From positions 24,802,001 through 24,866,000 of the forward strand of contig NC_087436.1 of assembly GCF_036321535.1 (NCBI RefSeq): a stretch of 64,000 bases of DNA, given 5' to 3'. The notes beneath the pieces were generated by a model. That model saw only the letters and a program-made list of their open reading frames with translations, searched no databases and had not been told where the DNA came from. The translations under genes and the position numbers were made by a program. This DNA comes from Camelus dromedarius (taxonomy: Eukaryota). Shown in pieces: positions 47,794 through 59,679 of the stretch. Numbering within the stretch: the stretch's first letter is position 1; each line of letters opens with the position of its first letter.

Positions 47794-48403
47794 CAGTGAT
47801 TTTCAAACCCAGACCAATCCTCCATCCCAGGGGACATTTGGAAAGTCTAGAGACATTTTTGGTGTCACAACAATGGGAGGAGGGAAGCTATTGGCATCCA
47901 GTGGTTAGAGGCCAGTGGTCATTGTAGCACTTCTGCCATTTTCACTTATTTTGCCAAATCCACATTCACCTTCATTATTTTTCCCTTAGTGCTTTCCCTA
48001 AATGGAACTCACTCCAAAAAAATTAAATATATTTATTTTAAGGAGAAACTTTATATTACCGTCATAAACAGAACAATAATCATAGCTCTCGTAAAAGTCA
48101 TTGTGAAAGTGCCTCCATTGAAGACAAAACAATAGTATTAAATTACAAGTTGACCCTGATGCTGCTGTCTTTCTGATAAAATGAGAAACTGGCAAATTTT
48201 AGAGACGTATTAAACAGAAACACCAAACTGAGACTCTATTCTTTGTTAAATGAAATGGGTTGATCGATTGGAAGGAGAATCTCTTTCTCATCATGATTCA
48301 CTGGTATTTAAGCCCTTGTCCTACATTTATTTAATACTGAAAACCATCTTCCACATTGGGTAAGGTTATTGTGAACACATGTCTCACCTTTTGGGAAACA
48401 CTG
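47794..48403. mobile_element. MER20/MER20B-like hAT DNA transposon
   Basis: Terminal inverted ends CAGTGATTTTCAAA / TTTGGGAAACACTG. MER20 hallmark CCCAGGGGACATTTGG...AGAGACATTTTTGGTGTCACAAC...GCTATTGGCATCCAGTGG. Confidence 0.78.
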
Positions 48404-48599
48404 AATTATTATGTTCCTCACATAGACACTCTTCTGCCAGGATTCGTCCTTTTCTGTTAGTTTGCCGCAGATTTGAACCACTGCTTCAGGCCCCTTTTTA
48501 GGGTGTGGATTTCACAATGGTGCATCCAGATAATTGCTATCTACAACCTGGGCAGTTTCTCTGAACCAAAGAAAATCAGAGGAATCTTAAGATTGCAGA

Positions 48600-49700
48600 A
48601 TAAAAACCTAGAGTATATTATTTCCAACCAATGGCAAATGCCCTTGTCTAGTTTTATTGCCCGCTCTCGGCCGATTAAAACAGCCATCTAAAATGTACTT
48701 GTAATCCTTTTTGTAGGATTAAAGTGACTCTGCTTCAGAATGCTTCTTGTAGTAATTATTCTGGGTTATAATATTCTAAAGAGAAGGACTCAACTCTCTG
48801 ATACGAACTGATTGCACATTAAAAGTCCCAGTGCATGAGGATGAGTCAGTTATCATTATTCACAATATCCACTTTTGGGTCTATGTTTTTATGCTGTGAA
48901 TCAGTTTACAGGTAACATCATCTTTGTAAACTGCAGTGTATATTGAAAGGGCTGGTATTTCTACTGTCCGTTGGTTCACTGGAGAACCTGCCACGAAATA
49001 AGTTATGTTGCATCCTGGCTGCCTTGGCAAAAGGGTGGAAAATTGCAACAGGCACTTAACAGCTTTCGAGGTCCCCCTTGCCACCCGGTACCCTAAGCTG
49101 GAGTCTCTTAGTTGTCATTGTGAAAATTTCTCCCCGTCGGAGAAAACCAGCTAATGTTTCACATTCCAAGGGAGCTTGGTTGCATCATGAAAACAGTCTG
49201 GACTTGGCTGAATTTTTTTTCTGTCTCTGGAATTGGTTTCTATACCTATAATTATCTGCAAGCACCGCCGTAAAAGCCCTCCAATCTTTACCTCATGGTG
49301 TTCTTCCTTTGGGGCACTGGTGCTGGACCCATCCAACTTTTTTCCCAAACCATAATTAGTAGAATTATGTTTAATAATCCCCCCTAATTCTGAAGGGAGC
49401 AGAGGCAGCGTCGAGCGAGCTCGGGGGCAGATAATGAGGGCTACAGAGGGTCTCCCTGAGTTGTATCATCACAGTCCAGTAAGCAATATGCTGCCACTGT
49501 CACCCAGCATCGGCCTCAACGGGCCAGCAGCCTCCGCCTCAGTGACAGCTCAAAACAAGAGAGACACACACTACCCATGTGTTTTCTCCTCCCTTTGACT
49601 GAAAAAGCCATATCCTTAAAGAACATGCATCATGCTGCTCTGTTTTGCAGCCGCCAGATTTTCCTAGGTGTGGAACAAGGTATTTCTAAATTTCCTTCAA
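48600..49700. promoter_or_regulatory. Candidate regulatory block (repeat-free, CpG-retaining)
   Basis: More than 1 kb without recognisable repeats, with many CpGs and AP-1, TEAD, GATA and TAATCC motifs. Motif evidence only. Confidence 0.35.
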
Positions 49701-51609
49701 CGCAGGATTAGGTGTTGCATCATTGATTCATTTTACCAGTGGGATTCAGGCCCAATAAAAGACATGAGGCTTTAGAGTAAGATGAACAAAACCAGCTCTC
49801 ACTCACTTGAGAGTTCATTATTTCACTTAATGGCTCTTAAAGTTAGTTGTTTTGTGTGTAACTCTGAATGCTTGTTAGAATCTCTTTTTGTAGGAAATCG
49901 ACAGTATGAAATAATTTTCCAACAGTAAAAATTATATATTAAAGGGCACAAATACTCCATTTCTTTGTTCTTACAGCAAACAAAAACTTATATTCCAGCT
50001 ACTTTTTTGTTTTGTTCCTATTTTTTCTAAAAGGATCCTAAATATAATGGCTTTGCTTTTAGATTTAGAGGATGTCCCGCCTGACATGAGCTCAGATAAA
50101 AGAAAAGCATTTATGTGTAATCTCTGGCAGATAGTGAAACTGGTTCTTATATAGAGTCATAAATTTTACTGCTGGGAAGGACCTCAAGGAACATTTAGTT
50201 CAGCCCCTTGTGGTTGGTAAATGGAGGGAACTGCATGATACCTTCAAGATTGAAGTGGAAGTTACTTTCTGAAAAGAAAGTGGGAAAAACAAAACAAACA
50301 ATCAAAACATGTAATGAAGGTGATCAGTCACTTACAGAAGGAGATGACCAACAGACATAACCTGTAAAAGACCAGTCCCCAGACCGATTCTGGAGACTTG
50401 GTTATTATGTGAGGTATGCATTGCTTGGAACGTTTAACCTACAAATTGTATTGTGCTTGGGTTACAGACAAGGGTAACACGTGGGATGTGGGCAGCTTGC
50501 AACAGAGTTGAAGAAGAATTGAAGAATATATCCATTGCTGTTCTAGCCAAAGTCAACTGGCCTACGTAATGGGAAGACGTCATATATTCATCTCACGAGG
50601 GGTCCAGAGTCAGGACGGGCTTCAGACACAGTACCCCAGCTTCCAGACCTCCTTCCTTCTCTTTTCTTCCACTCTGTTCTCTAGATGGCTTCATCCTGAG
50701 GCTATAATCAAGAGATTGCAGCTGCCTCACGTAAATATCTTATGGAAATATTTTTTGTTTTCAGTGAAAATCAAGAAAAATTAACTATAGTACAGATTGA
50801 TGAAGTCATCTGTAAATTGAATGCTGTGGAAATAAAAACTTGGAGCCAGGAGTTGCCAGGAAATGTTCACCCCCTGAGACTTTACAGCTATCACAGCACT
50901 GGAGTTTCTTCTGGAGGAGTAATGCTGACTTGAGCCCAGTTTATCCTGTTTTATCCTTGTCTGTGGGACTGGATGGCCCCAAATGGCATCTGGGATACAA
51001 AGGAAAGTCTGTACATTAGCTTTTTGAGGAGGATTAAGAAAGCTTCTTTTGCTACACTGTGAACATTAGTCTTATACTGTTTTTGTCTCAAGATCAGATG
51101 TACGTAATATTTTGTAGCAGTTAAGATACAGAGCTTATAGGATGTGGTCTACAGCTTGGGGTCAAGGAGGGGCTCTAAGTTTAGATGAAAGATAATGACC
51201 TAGAACAACTTGTTTAAAACGTGATTTTTGTTTTTCAGATTCCCAGGTCAGGTACCTGCCTGAGCAGGCTGAGAAATTCTGCAGAGCTTGTATAAGGGCA
51301 GATTTTCAGTATGCACTAGTGAAATTTGTAGCGGTTGGGAAAATGTGTGCAGGAAGGTGCCCAATGCATGTTTGATAAATTACCAGTTTAGGCTTAGCAG
51401 GAAATGTGCATGAAATATGCTGGTTTCATAGAAATAGAAGCTGATGGAACCAGAAAGAAGCATCGAATGGATCCTTCCTTTTAAAGGGCAGGATGAAAGA
51501 CTGAAGGAGGGTTAATGAGCCAACAACTGAAAGAAAACAGTCCTAAGGAACTGCCCATGCAATGTTAGGAAAGCTGAACTTCACAAAGACATAGAACAAC
51601 TGTACATAA

Positions 51610-52890
51610 AGTTTATTGGATAAGCCCCAATGAGAAAGCTACTCCAGTGGAGCCTGAGTCAGAATGTTTGGTTAATCCAGACACACACACTAGTGGACTG
51701 TTCTGCTTTGCCTAAAGCAAGGACAACATGGTGGGGCAACCAAAATGCTTGGGATAAAGAGTGCCGCGTTGATCTGATGACCAGAGGAAATGCACAGCTC
51801 TATAATTCTGAATTTTCTCTTTTCTTTTCCATGGAGACGACTAGTTTTAAAACTGGTAGGGTAGGAAAATGCTGGAAAAGAGGTAACTGAAGAAATAGTG
51901 AGAGACTCTCTGCACTAAATGAGTTTCAGTCTTTGGCTGGAGGAACCACATCCCATGATGGTGAGAATTCTCGAAGAAATAATGGTGAAATGGACTATTG
52001 GTAACCTTGGAAGAGAGATGGCGGAAGATGGGAAATGTGCCAACTTTGAGAAAGTGGAAAGATGTGGGTTTTCAAGCATCAGTTGATAACTTGATGTTAA
52101 TTGCCAAACTGTTTTAGAGATGGGCATGTGATAGGGTGCGTGAGTTCACACCAAACAAATCATGTTAAATTAACCTTGAATACCATTTAATAGAATTAAC
52201 AGACTTAGATCAGTTAGATGCCTAGCAAATCACTTTGTAAGGCTTTTCAGGATACTTTATGAAGAGGTATTATTAGGATACCTCATAAGTGTGAGCTGTA
52301 ACCAGGAGATTAAAGAAATTTACCCCAAGAATGAGGATTAGTTGATCAGAGTTAATCTGGAGACAATTATTTAAGAGCATTTTTCAAGATTCTATTACTT
52401 GGTTTTTTTGTTTGTTTGTTTTCCTAACAACTTGGATTAACACATAAAATATATGCTTACCTAATATGCAAATGTATTCAAGTAGAATTAGCAATAATAT
52501 ACTGAATGACTGATTCAGAATCCAAGCTAAAACTATGGGTCTTCATTTATAAGATTTACTAATGGAACAAAATGAAAGTATCAAACTTAAAAAGAAAAGT
52601 CTATGATGAAGAGAGTGAAAAAAATGAGTTTCATAAATTTATTACCAAAAGCATGAACCACAGAAAACTTGCCATTTCATTTGAAAGTAAGTTAAATGTG
52701 AGCCTTGCATTGTGGCTCCCAAACACTGACCCACAAAGGGTTGGCCAATACCACTGGCTGAACTACTGTCTAATATTGTGTTGAGTTCTCAGCACTCCAT
52801 GTTCATATGGAGATGACACAGGATCTGATGAGCTACAGGCAAAGGGAAGCAAGAGTCTGGAAACCGTGTCAGTGAGAAATGGTGTGTTTG
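51610..52890 (+). mobile_element. L3/CR1 LINE ORF2 remnant (ancient)
   Basis: Degenerate CR1 motifs: AATGCACAGCTCT, AATGAGTTTCAGTCT...CATCCCA, GGAAGATGGGAAATGTG, AACAAATCATGTTAAATTAACC, AAGGCTTTTC, AAGAGTCTGGAAACCGTGTC. Confidence 0.65.
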
Positions 52891-52894
52891 TTCG

Positions 52895-53225
52895 GTCATT
52901 ATCTTAGCAAGCATTTATTGAGTGCCTGATATGTGCCAGTTACTGTGCTAGGTGCAAATTAGTGATGCATATTGTCTGCTGGCTAAGGAGAGAGTCTAGC
53001 CATGGTGCCTGATATGTAGGCCAACAATAAAGTACACGGGGCCCAATAGGAGGGGACAGCACAGAGAAGAGGTTAACCCTTGGGTATGTTCTTGATGGAC
53101 AGAAGTAGTGAACCAGGTGGAGACAGAAGAAGAAGAATGGTTTCCATGTAGAGGGAAAAACGTGTGGGAAACGCTGTGGCATAGAAGATCTTGGGGCACT
53201 TGGGAGGGGGAAGTGACTGGAATGT

Positions 53226-53260
<35 letters not shown>

Positions 53261-54110
53261 TTGTGAATGGCAGGAGATAATTCTAGAAGTAGACTGGGGC
53301 CACTATTGGTCAAAGTAAGAGGTTTAACTTCACCCTAAAAACATGGAGAACTAATGAAGGGCTTCCGTAGGTGACATGATTAACAATGTGATTTAGAATG
53401 CTCACTCTGGCTTCAGTTTGGAAGATGGATTGGAAATGATCGGTCAAAAAAACTGATCAGTGAAATGACTGATGCAACTGTCCAGGTAAAAAGCTGTGAG
53501 AGCCTGATCTGAGGCAGTAAAGATAGAAAGGTAGGGTCAGATTCTTGAATAATAAAGGAATTAGTACCAACAGAACTTTGATTGGGGTGGAAGGAGGAAG
53601 AAGGAGTTCAGGTTGATTTCTAGAATCTTACCAGTGTGACTGGGTAAGTTGTAATTTGATGAGAGAGGAAATTTAGAAGGAGGAACAGGTTTGAGGAACA
53701 CGTCCAGTTTGAGTTTTCTTAGGAAGATCTCTATTGATTGCCTATTGGCAGTTGGGTATATGGGTCTGGAGCCCCAGATGGGGGCTGTGATATAGCCCCA
53801 CATGTGGAGCCTCGTCTGATGATACTTGGAAATGAGGAAAGAAGAGATCACCTGTAGACACCAGAAACAACAGCACAGACATGGCATACACAGAGTAGCA
53901 AGGGGAGTCTCTATAAATGAGATTGGGGTAGCCCAAGAGAAGGGAAGCACGATGTTAAGAAAGTATACTTTAGAAATACACGATATACGAAGAGAGTTGT
54001 CACAGTATTTGGCAACCTGGAGGTCACAGGGGCACACTGGAAAGAGATTGATTGTGGCTATGGGTGTTGGTCTCCTTGAGGACTGAGAAGTGATTGAGAG
54101 CAGAAGAAAT
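52895..54110 (-). mobile_element. L2 LINE, ~1.2 kb
   Basis: CAAGCATTTATTGAGTGCCTGATATGTGCCAG...CTGTGCTAGGTGC at the 3' end, with internal TCACTCTGGCTTCAGTTTGGAAGATGGATTGGA and TTTGGCAACCTGGAGGTCAC. Confidence 0.82.
53227..53258. repeat. (GT)16 microsatellite
   Basis: Perfect dinucleotide run. Confidence 0.95.
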
Positions 54111-54814
54111 GGCAGCGTGGAGGCTGGCTGCTCAGAAGCTAATGGTGAACCTGCAGCAGGGGTGGTGGGGCTCCTTCAGGCTTTGCTCATGCTGTTTCTT
54201 TCCCAGGGAACTCCTGCTCCTCTACTTGGCCTCTTTTGCCTGCTCAACTCCTGCTAAATCTTCAAAGCTCAGGTGACAGAGAAAAGTACATTTAGGCTAG
54301 TGCAGTGTCAATTTCAAGGTGTCTTTGAATGTTACATTTTCATTTTCTTCTCATACTCCAAGAGGGTCACAGACAAACTCACAGTGCGGAAAGTGACTCT
54401 GAATTCCACTTCTTGTTCTGGTTATAGCCCACCTCTCATTTCCTCATCAGAGTTTTTTTTCCTGTCTTTCTGCCCTAGGCCACTGAGAATGTTCTTGGGA
54501 GTAAGGATCATGCTTTTTCCATCATCATCATTATCATCATTATTAACATGTTTACCTTCTTTACTGCTGAAGCCAGTATTTCTCAAATGCATTCATGAGT
54601 CTTTAAGTCATGTTATGCATTGTTGGAGGAACTGGGGATGTTTATTTTGGAAAATCCATACCATGAACACATTCTCCTGAGGCACTACTTTTTTTCAGAT
54701 CCTGAGAGAGCTACGAGGTGAGATGTGTACAGATCATCTGAAGATGGCAACTTTCTACCGAATTGATAGATCCTGACTTGGCTCACGGCCTTTGCCTTAC
54801 AATGCTTGATGTTG

Positions 54815-54975
54815 TTATCTGAACGCTATTTATATATCCTGTAGCATAAGCTCACTGAAGGCAGGGGCCATGTTTTAACATATTTGCAAATCTTTGTATT
54901 CCTCGTGGTGCTTAGCAAATTACCCGTAGGGCATTATAGTTGATAGCCGAGAAACATTTGTTAGGTTGAATTTGA
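54815..54975 (+). mobile_element. L2 3' end fragment
   Basis: TAAGCTCACTGAAGGCAGGGGCCATGT...TCTTTGTATTCC...GTGCTTAGCA...ACATTTGTT. Confidence 0.6.
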
Positions 54976-55268
54976 ATGGGCTGCGGGGAGTCTGGCTTCA
55001 TTAAAATTAAGTTAAACCACATTGTATATTGAAAAAATCAAATCCTGAATAAATCTTAAGTTATGTCCTTGTTCTCAACAGATTACATTTTACTTTTAGC
55101 ATTTCTTTTCTTGGAGGACTGAGGTAGTCTCTTTGTTATGTCCCAGCCAGAGGACCTTGGGAATGAAGAGGGAACCTGTCCTGAGAAGAGCAGCTCAGGT
55201 GGTCTAAGGCTGGCTCTGGCACCGACATGCTGCTCGACTTTGCAGAAATACAGAAATTAGGCTAACCT

Positions 55269-55841
55269 ACTCAGCCATAAGAAAGAATAAAATAATGCCA
55301 TTTGCAGCAGCATGGATAGACCTGCAGATTATCATGCTAAGTGAAGGATGCCAGAAAGAGAAAGAAAAATACCATATGATATCACTTATATGTGGAATCT
55401 AAAAAAATGACACAAATGTATTTACAAAACAGAAACAAACTCACAGCCATAGGAAACAAACTTATCAGGTTATCAGGCGAGTAAGGGGGTGGTGGTGGAG
55501 GGATAAATTGGGAGTTTGAGATTTACAAATACTAGCTGTATATATAATAGATAAACAGCAAGGTCCTACTGTATAGCATGAGGAACTATATTCAATACCT
55601 TGTAATGGCCTATAATGAAAAAGAATATGAAAAGGAATATGTGTGTATATATATGTATATATATATATCTCTGAAACATTACGCCATACAGCAGAACTTA
55701 GCATTGTAAACTGACTATATGAAAAGGAATATGTGTGTGTGTAGATCTATATATTTATATATCTCTATTTATCTCTGAAACTTTATGCCATACAGCAGAA
55801 CTTAACATTGTAAACTGACTATGCTTTCATTAAAAAAAAAA
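55269..55841 (+). mobile_element. 5'-truncated L1 (ORF2 end plus 3'UTR) with TSD and internal tandem duplication
   Basis: ACTCAGCCATAAG...ATGCCATTTGCAGCAGCATGGAT...CACTTATATGTGGAATCTAAAA...poly(A) at 55832-55842. TSD AGAAATTAGGCTAACCT (55252-55268) / AGAAATTAGGCTGACTT (55842-55858). Confidence 0.93.
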
Positions 55842-56059
55842 AGAAATTAGGCTGACTTCTCCTCCCCCTCCCCCTCCTCTCTTTCCTCTTTCCTCTTCCT
55901 CTTCTACTGGTTCACAGGGAAAAACATTTTCATCACTAGGGAACCCTGTATGCCCGAGCTGGCCAATTATTTAATTCTGGACCTCTTGACTGAAGTTTTG
56001 AATATGCCCTGAAGGAATTTGGATTTAGAATCTGAAGGCTTTAGATCAATTTCCAGAGA

Positions 56060-56280
56060 GGTAGCCCAGCCCTGCAGTAAACATACAGGCTTCTATTGGG
56101 TACAGAGCTGGGTATTACTAGCAGTTTACCCAGGAGCCTCAGTTTCTTTACCTGTAAATGGACTGATAACTATACCTATCTCCCACTATGGGGATTAACT
56201 GAGATGATACCTTTACTGTGTTTATCCCAGAGACAGCATAGAATAAACACTCAATAAAGAACATCTATTTTTGCTATGAT
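56060..56280 (+). mobile_element. MIR SINE
   Basis: GAGCCTCAGTTTCTTTACCTGTAAATGG...GGATTAACTGAGATGAT...CATAGAATAAACACTCAATAAA. Confidence 0.75.
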
Positions 56281-56694
56281 CAGGGGATGTCAAGGAGTCA
56301 GCCTCCGTGTGTAGATTTACTTTAGGCTGGCAGAGGAATCTGACAGAGCTTGGGCGCAGGCCCTGGGAGCCAGATCTGGAAAGACAATTTCTGACTGATG
56401 AGTTTCCAAGTGGGGTGGCTTCGATCCCTGCACACCTCGCCCTCCATCTGCCCTTGCCTTTTCACGCATGCTCTCCTGACTGCATCTGGGCCCTTAGAAC
56501 CCTTGCTCTTGGAAAGATTTTGTAACTGCACTTCCCTTACTTCACTTCTTGCTGTCAGAGGACTCTCCCACAAATATAGATCTGACGTTAGCACTCCCTT
56601 GTTTAAAACCTCCAGTGGCTTTCCATTATCTATTTAATCTCTGAAAATGGTCATGTAAGGCCTTCAGGGCTCCTCCTTCTGTGGCTTACTGAAA

Positions 56695-56880
56695 TAAACT
56701 TGGGCTTTGAGACTAGAGAGGCTCTTGTTTAAACATGACTCTGGCACAAGTATTTGACCTTGGTCCTTATTTAAATTGCCTGAGCCTCTGTTTCCTCATT
56801 GGTAAAATGGGACTTATAATATTTGCCCTGCAAATTTATACAAGGCTTAGAGATGATGGAATAAAGTTGTTGGTGCATGC
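56695..56880 (+). mobile_element. MIR SINE
   Basis: TGGGCTTTGAG...TGACCTTGG...CTGAGCCTCTGTTTCCTCATTGGTAAAATGGGA. Confidence 0.75.
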
Positions 56881-59679
56881 TCCAAAAATGACAGAGATTA
56901 TCCTACTAATCTGCTTTTGTTCTTCCCTGTCCTTTCTTACCCGGGTGTCTTTTCTCATATCCTCTTTACCTCGATTCTACATCTTCCTCACCCCTGCCTT
57001 TTGAGCATCCCTGATTTTAAGAGTTGAACAGCATTATCCTTGAAGATTTCTACCCAGACTGATATTAAATGTAAACATGACATGTTAATCGAGTCATATT
57101 CTTGGGTTTAAGGAAGCCAACGACTTTTTCATTTGCCTTGATTTTAATGGGTGTACTTCCTTATGTTAGAGACCCATAATAGATATGAAGATGGGGAGTA
57201 AAATACTGAATTTAGGAAAAGCAAATATGCGCAGGGTTTCTATTTGCAATGATTGCCAAGGAGACAACAGAGGATCATTTTTTTCTACATCTTGGCTTGA
57301 CTTTTCAGCTTACTAGGTGTTCCTTCAACTTAGCAAATATTAATATTTACAGATTCCACTGCACATTTGATCTCCCTCAGAACCATGTCCAGAATATACC
57401 TTACGTGAATGCATTTTGGGCAAGAACGATGGATTACAGAATATCTGAGCTGTAACAAATATATCTTAATTTTAAAAGTTTCACATGGTTTGTTTTGATA
57501 AGTGGAGAAGACATGGATTCAGTTTGGAATTGAATGTTTGGATTCTCTCTTACCTTTTTTTCAGTTCTTGAGGGACTGAGTAGTGTTTATTACAGAAGGT
57601 AGAGGACTGTTTCTTTCCAAGAGGTTCTGGCAGAATCAATTTATTGATAATTGGGTGGACAATATTTCCATCTATTTATGAAAAGGGAGCAATAATTAGT
57701 CTTTCCCAAATATAGTAAGGAATTAGAATCAAATACAATTAAAAGGCATTAGTTTCATTTGACAATTGGATAGTTTTCTCCCCTTACTCACCTGTACTCA
57801 TCTACAGGCAACACTTGAACCCAGATGTTTTGATAATTCTTAACAGTTTTAGCTCTACTGCTGGATCAGGACCTGTCACACACACAGCAGATTGTATGGC
57901 ATTGAAGATCAACACGGAGAAATGAGACTGTTCTGTTGTTATTCAGAGCTGGCATTTTGTTTGTGGAAGCAAACAGGTGTTCCCAGAGTCATATGATAAC
58001 ATGGCCTCTTATCTAGGTTTCTTCTATATTTTCAACACGGGAATAAGAACAATACAGCAATAACTCATTTTGTGAAATTTCAAACAATTAAAAATTGCTA
58101 TTTATCATGCACCTTACTCCCCAGCTCACACCCAGAATCAGAGTGCTGTGATGCTACAGAATGTTCATCCTGAATGTTCATGTGATTTGGTTATGTCTTC
58201 CTCTACCAACAGAGTGCCATGCCATTCACTATAGTCTAATTATTTTGAAAATTGGCAACTTGCCTTTGTTACATGTGGTAAGACTTACTACTCTTGACAA
58301 ATAGGAGTTAGCTGGACCTGCTAAGGTTGATAATGCATTTTGGGAGTCTTCAAAGGAGATTTTTAAACTTTATTTTTAACTAACATTCCCCTGACTATCC
58401 CCTTGGTGTTGGTGTCCTTAGTTTGCTGGCCTGACTATTCGCAAAGGAGAGGTACTTGTGCGGTATTCTTCTCAGCTTAGGATAGTCAAAATGGGTATTT
58501 GCTGGATCAAAGCATATCAGTTCTAGAAAGGAACCAAAAGCTCTTTAGTCTATGCTGAGTACTAGCGAGATTATGCTTATTAAGTTCATGGGGTTGATTT
58601 GAAAGCTTTTAAAGACAAGCTGCAGCTCACTGGTCTAATCTACCCAAATTTATTCACTTCTTGTATTTTATCTCCAAATCTTTTCTTGAAATCTCTCACC
58701 TTCCTTTGTCTGGTTGCACTAGCCAGAACTAATTACAATATGAATTCACTTTATGGACAAATCAGTTTCTCTTTACCGTTTCTTATTGCTTGTATCCAAA
58801 GTCAAAACCCTAGAATTCATCACCTTGTCCAATCTCTACTTCTCTTCAGCCAAAGCCAGACATGCAGGGATCTCATGCCTCCTCTCCTACTCTTCCTCTA
58901 ACCTGGACTACATTCAGCTGCTGCTACTGTTTTATATCCTATCCTTGCCTTCACTTCCCATTTACCCAACTTTATAAACCTTGGATCACAAAACAAGAAG
59001 AAATAAACTGTATCTCCATGAACCCTAGGCACTGCTTTTGAATATTTATGTATTTAGTTTCTCTTAGGGTACTTCATCCATGCACAAAACTGAATTTCCT
59101 CAAAAGGTAACTTGATAAAAATCTTTGAATAAGCTAAGTGATGTTCAATAATCTAGTATGATAAAACAAGATAATTTGGTTAGATGATAATTCTGTATGA
59201 GAGAAATGGAGTGGGAAGGAAAACAATGTGTTTAAAAAATTATTTTCTCTTAAATTTACCTTTGTAGAAATCTGTCTTCATATACACAGCCTTTTGTTTG
59301 GAATACAGCTTGGAGTCACTGAAGCAAACATTGCTTTATATACACTATGATACCAGATCAATAATGCGGTTGGTACGTTGAACAAAAGGAGCTCAAGATT
59401 ATGTTGCTGTTTTCTTTTACTGTTCAGTCAACAGAAAAAAAGAGCCAAAAGAGAAGAAATGAAACAGAGAGACATTTTCATCTCCTGTTTTCAGAGCTTT
59501 CATTTCTCCTTTAACTCCCAGGGAACTAGCATGCAAGATTGTGTAATTACCATTTTAAAAGGCAATTATAGAACTTTTCCAAAAAAAAGCATCTAGGATG
59601 TTATGCTTTCATGTATACAAATGGCAAGGGCTTCTTTATTGAAGTTTCAGTTTGGATGTTAATAATATTTGACTAGCAT

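Noticed and set aside
7331..55858. Two unrelated insertions whose TSDs both begin AGAAATTAG
   Set aside because: Explained by L1 endonuclease preference for A-rich targets plus chance; other TSDs in the window differ.
57792..57872. Minus-strand 81-nt candidate exon with strong CAG|GTGAGT donor
   Set aside because: Stops in all three frames and a weak (TG)n acceptor. No further support for a non-coding exon.
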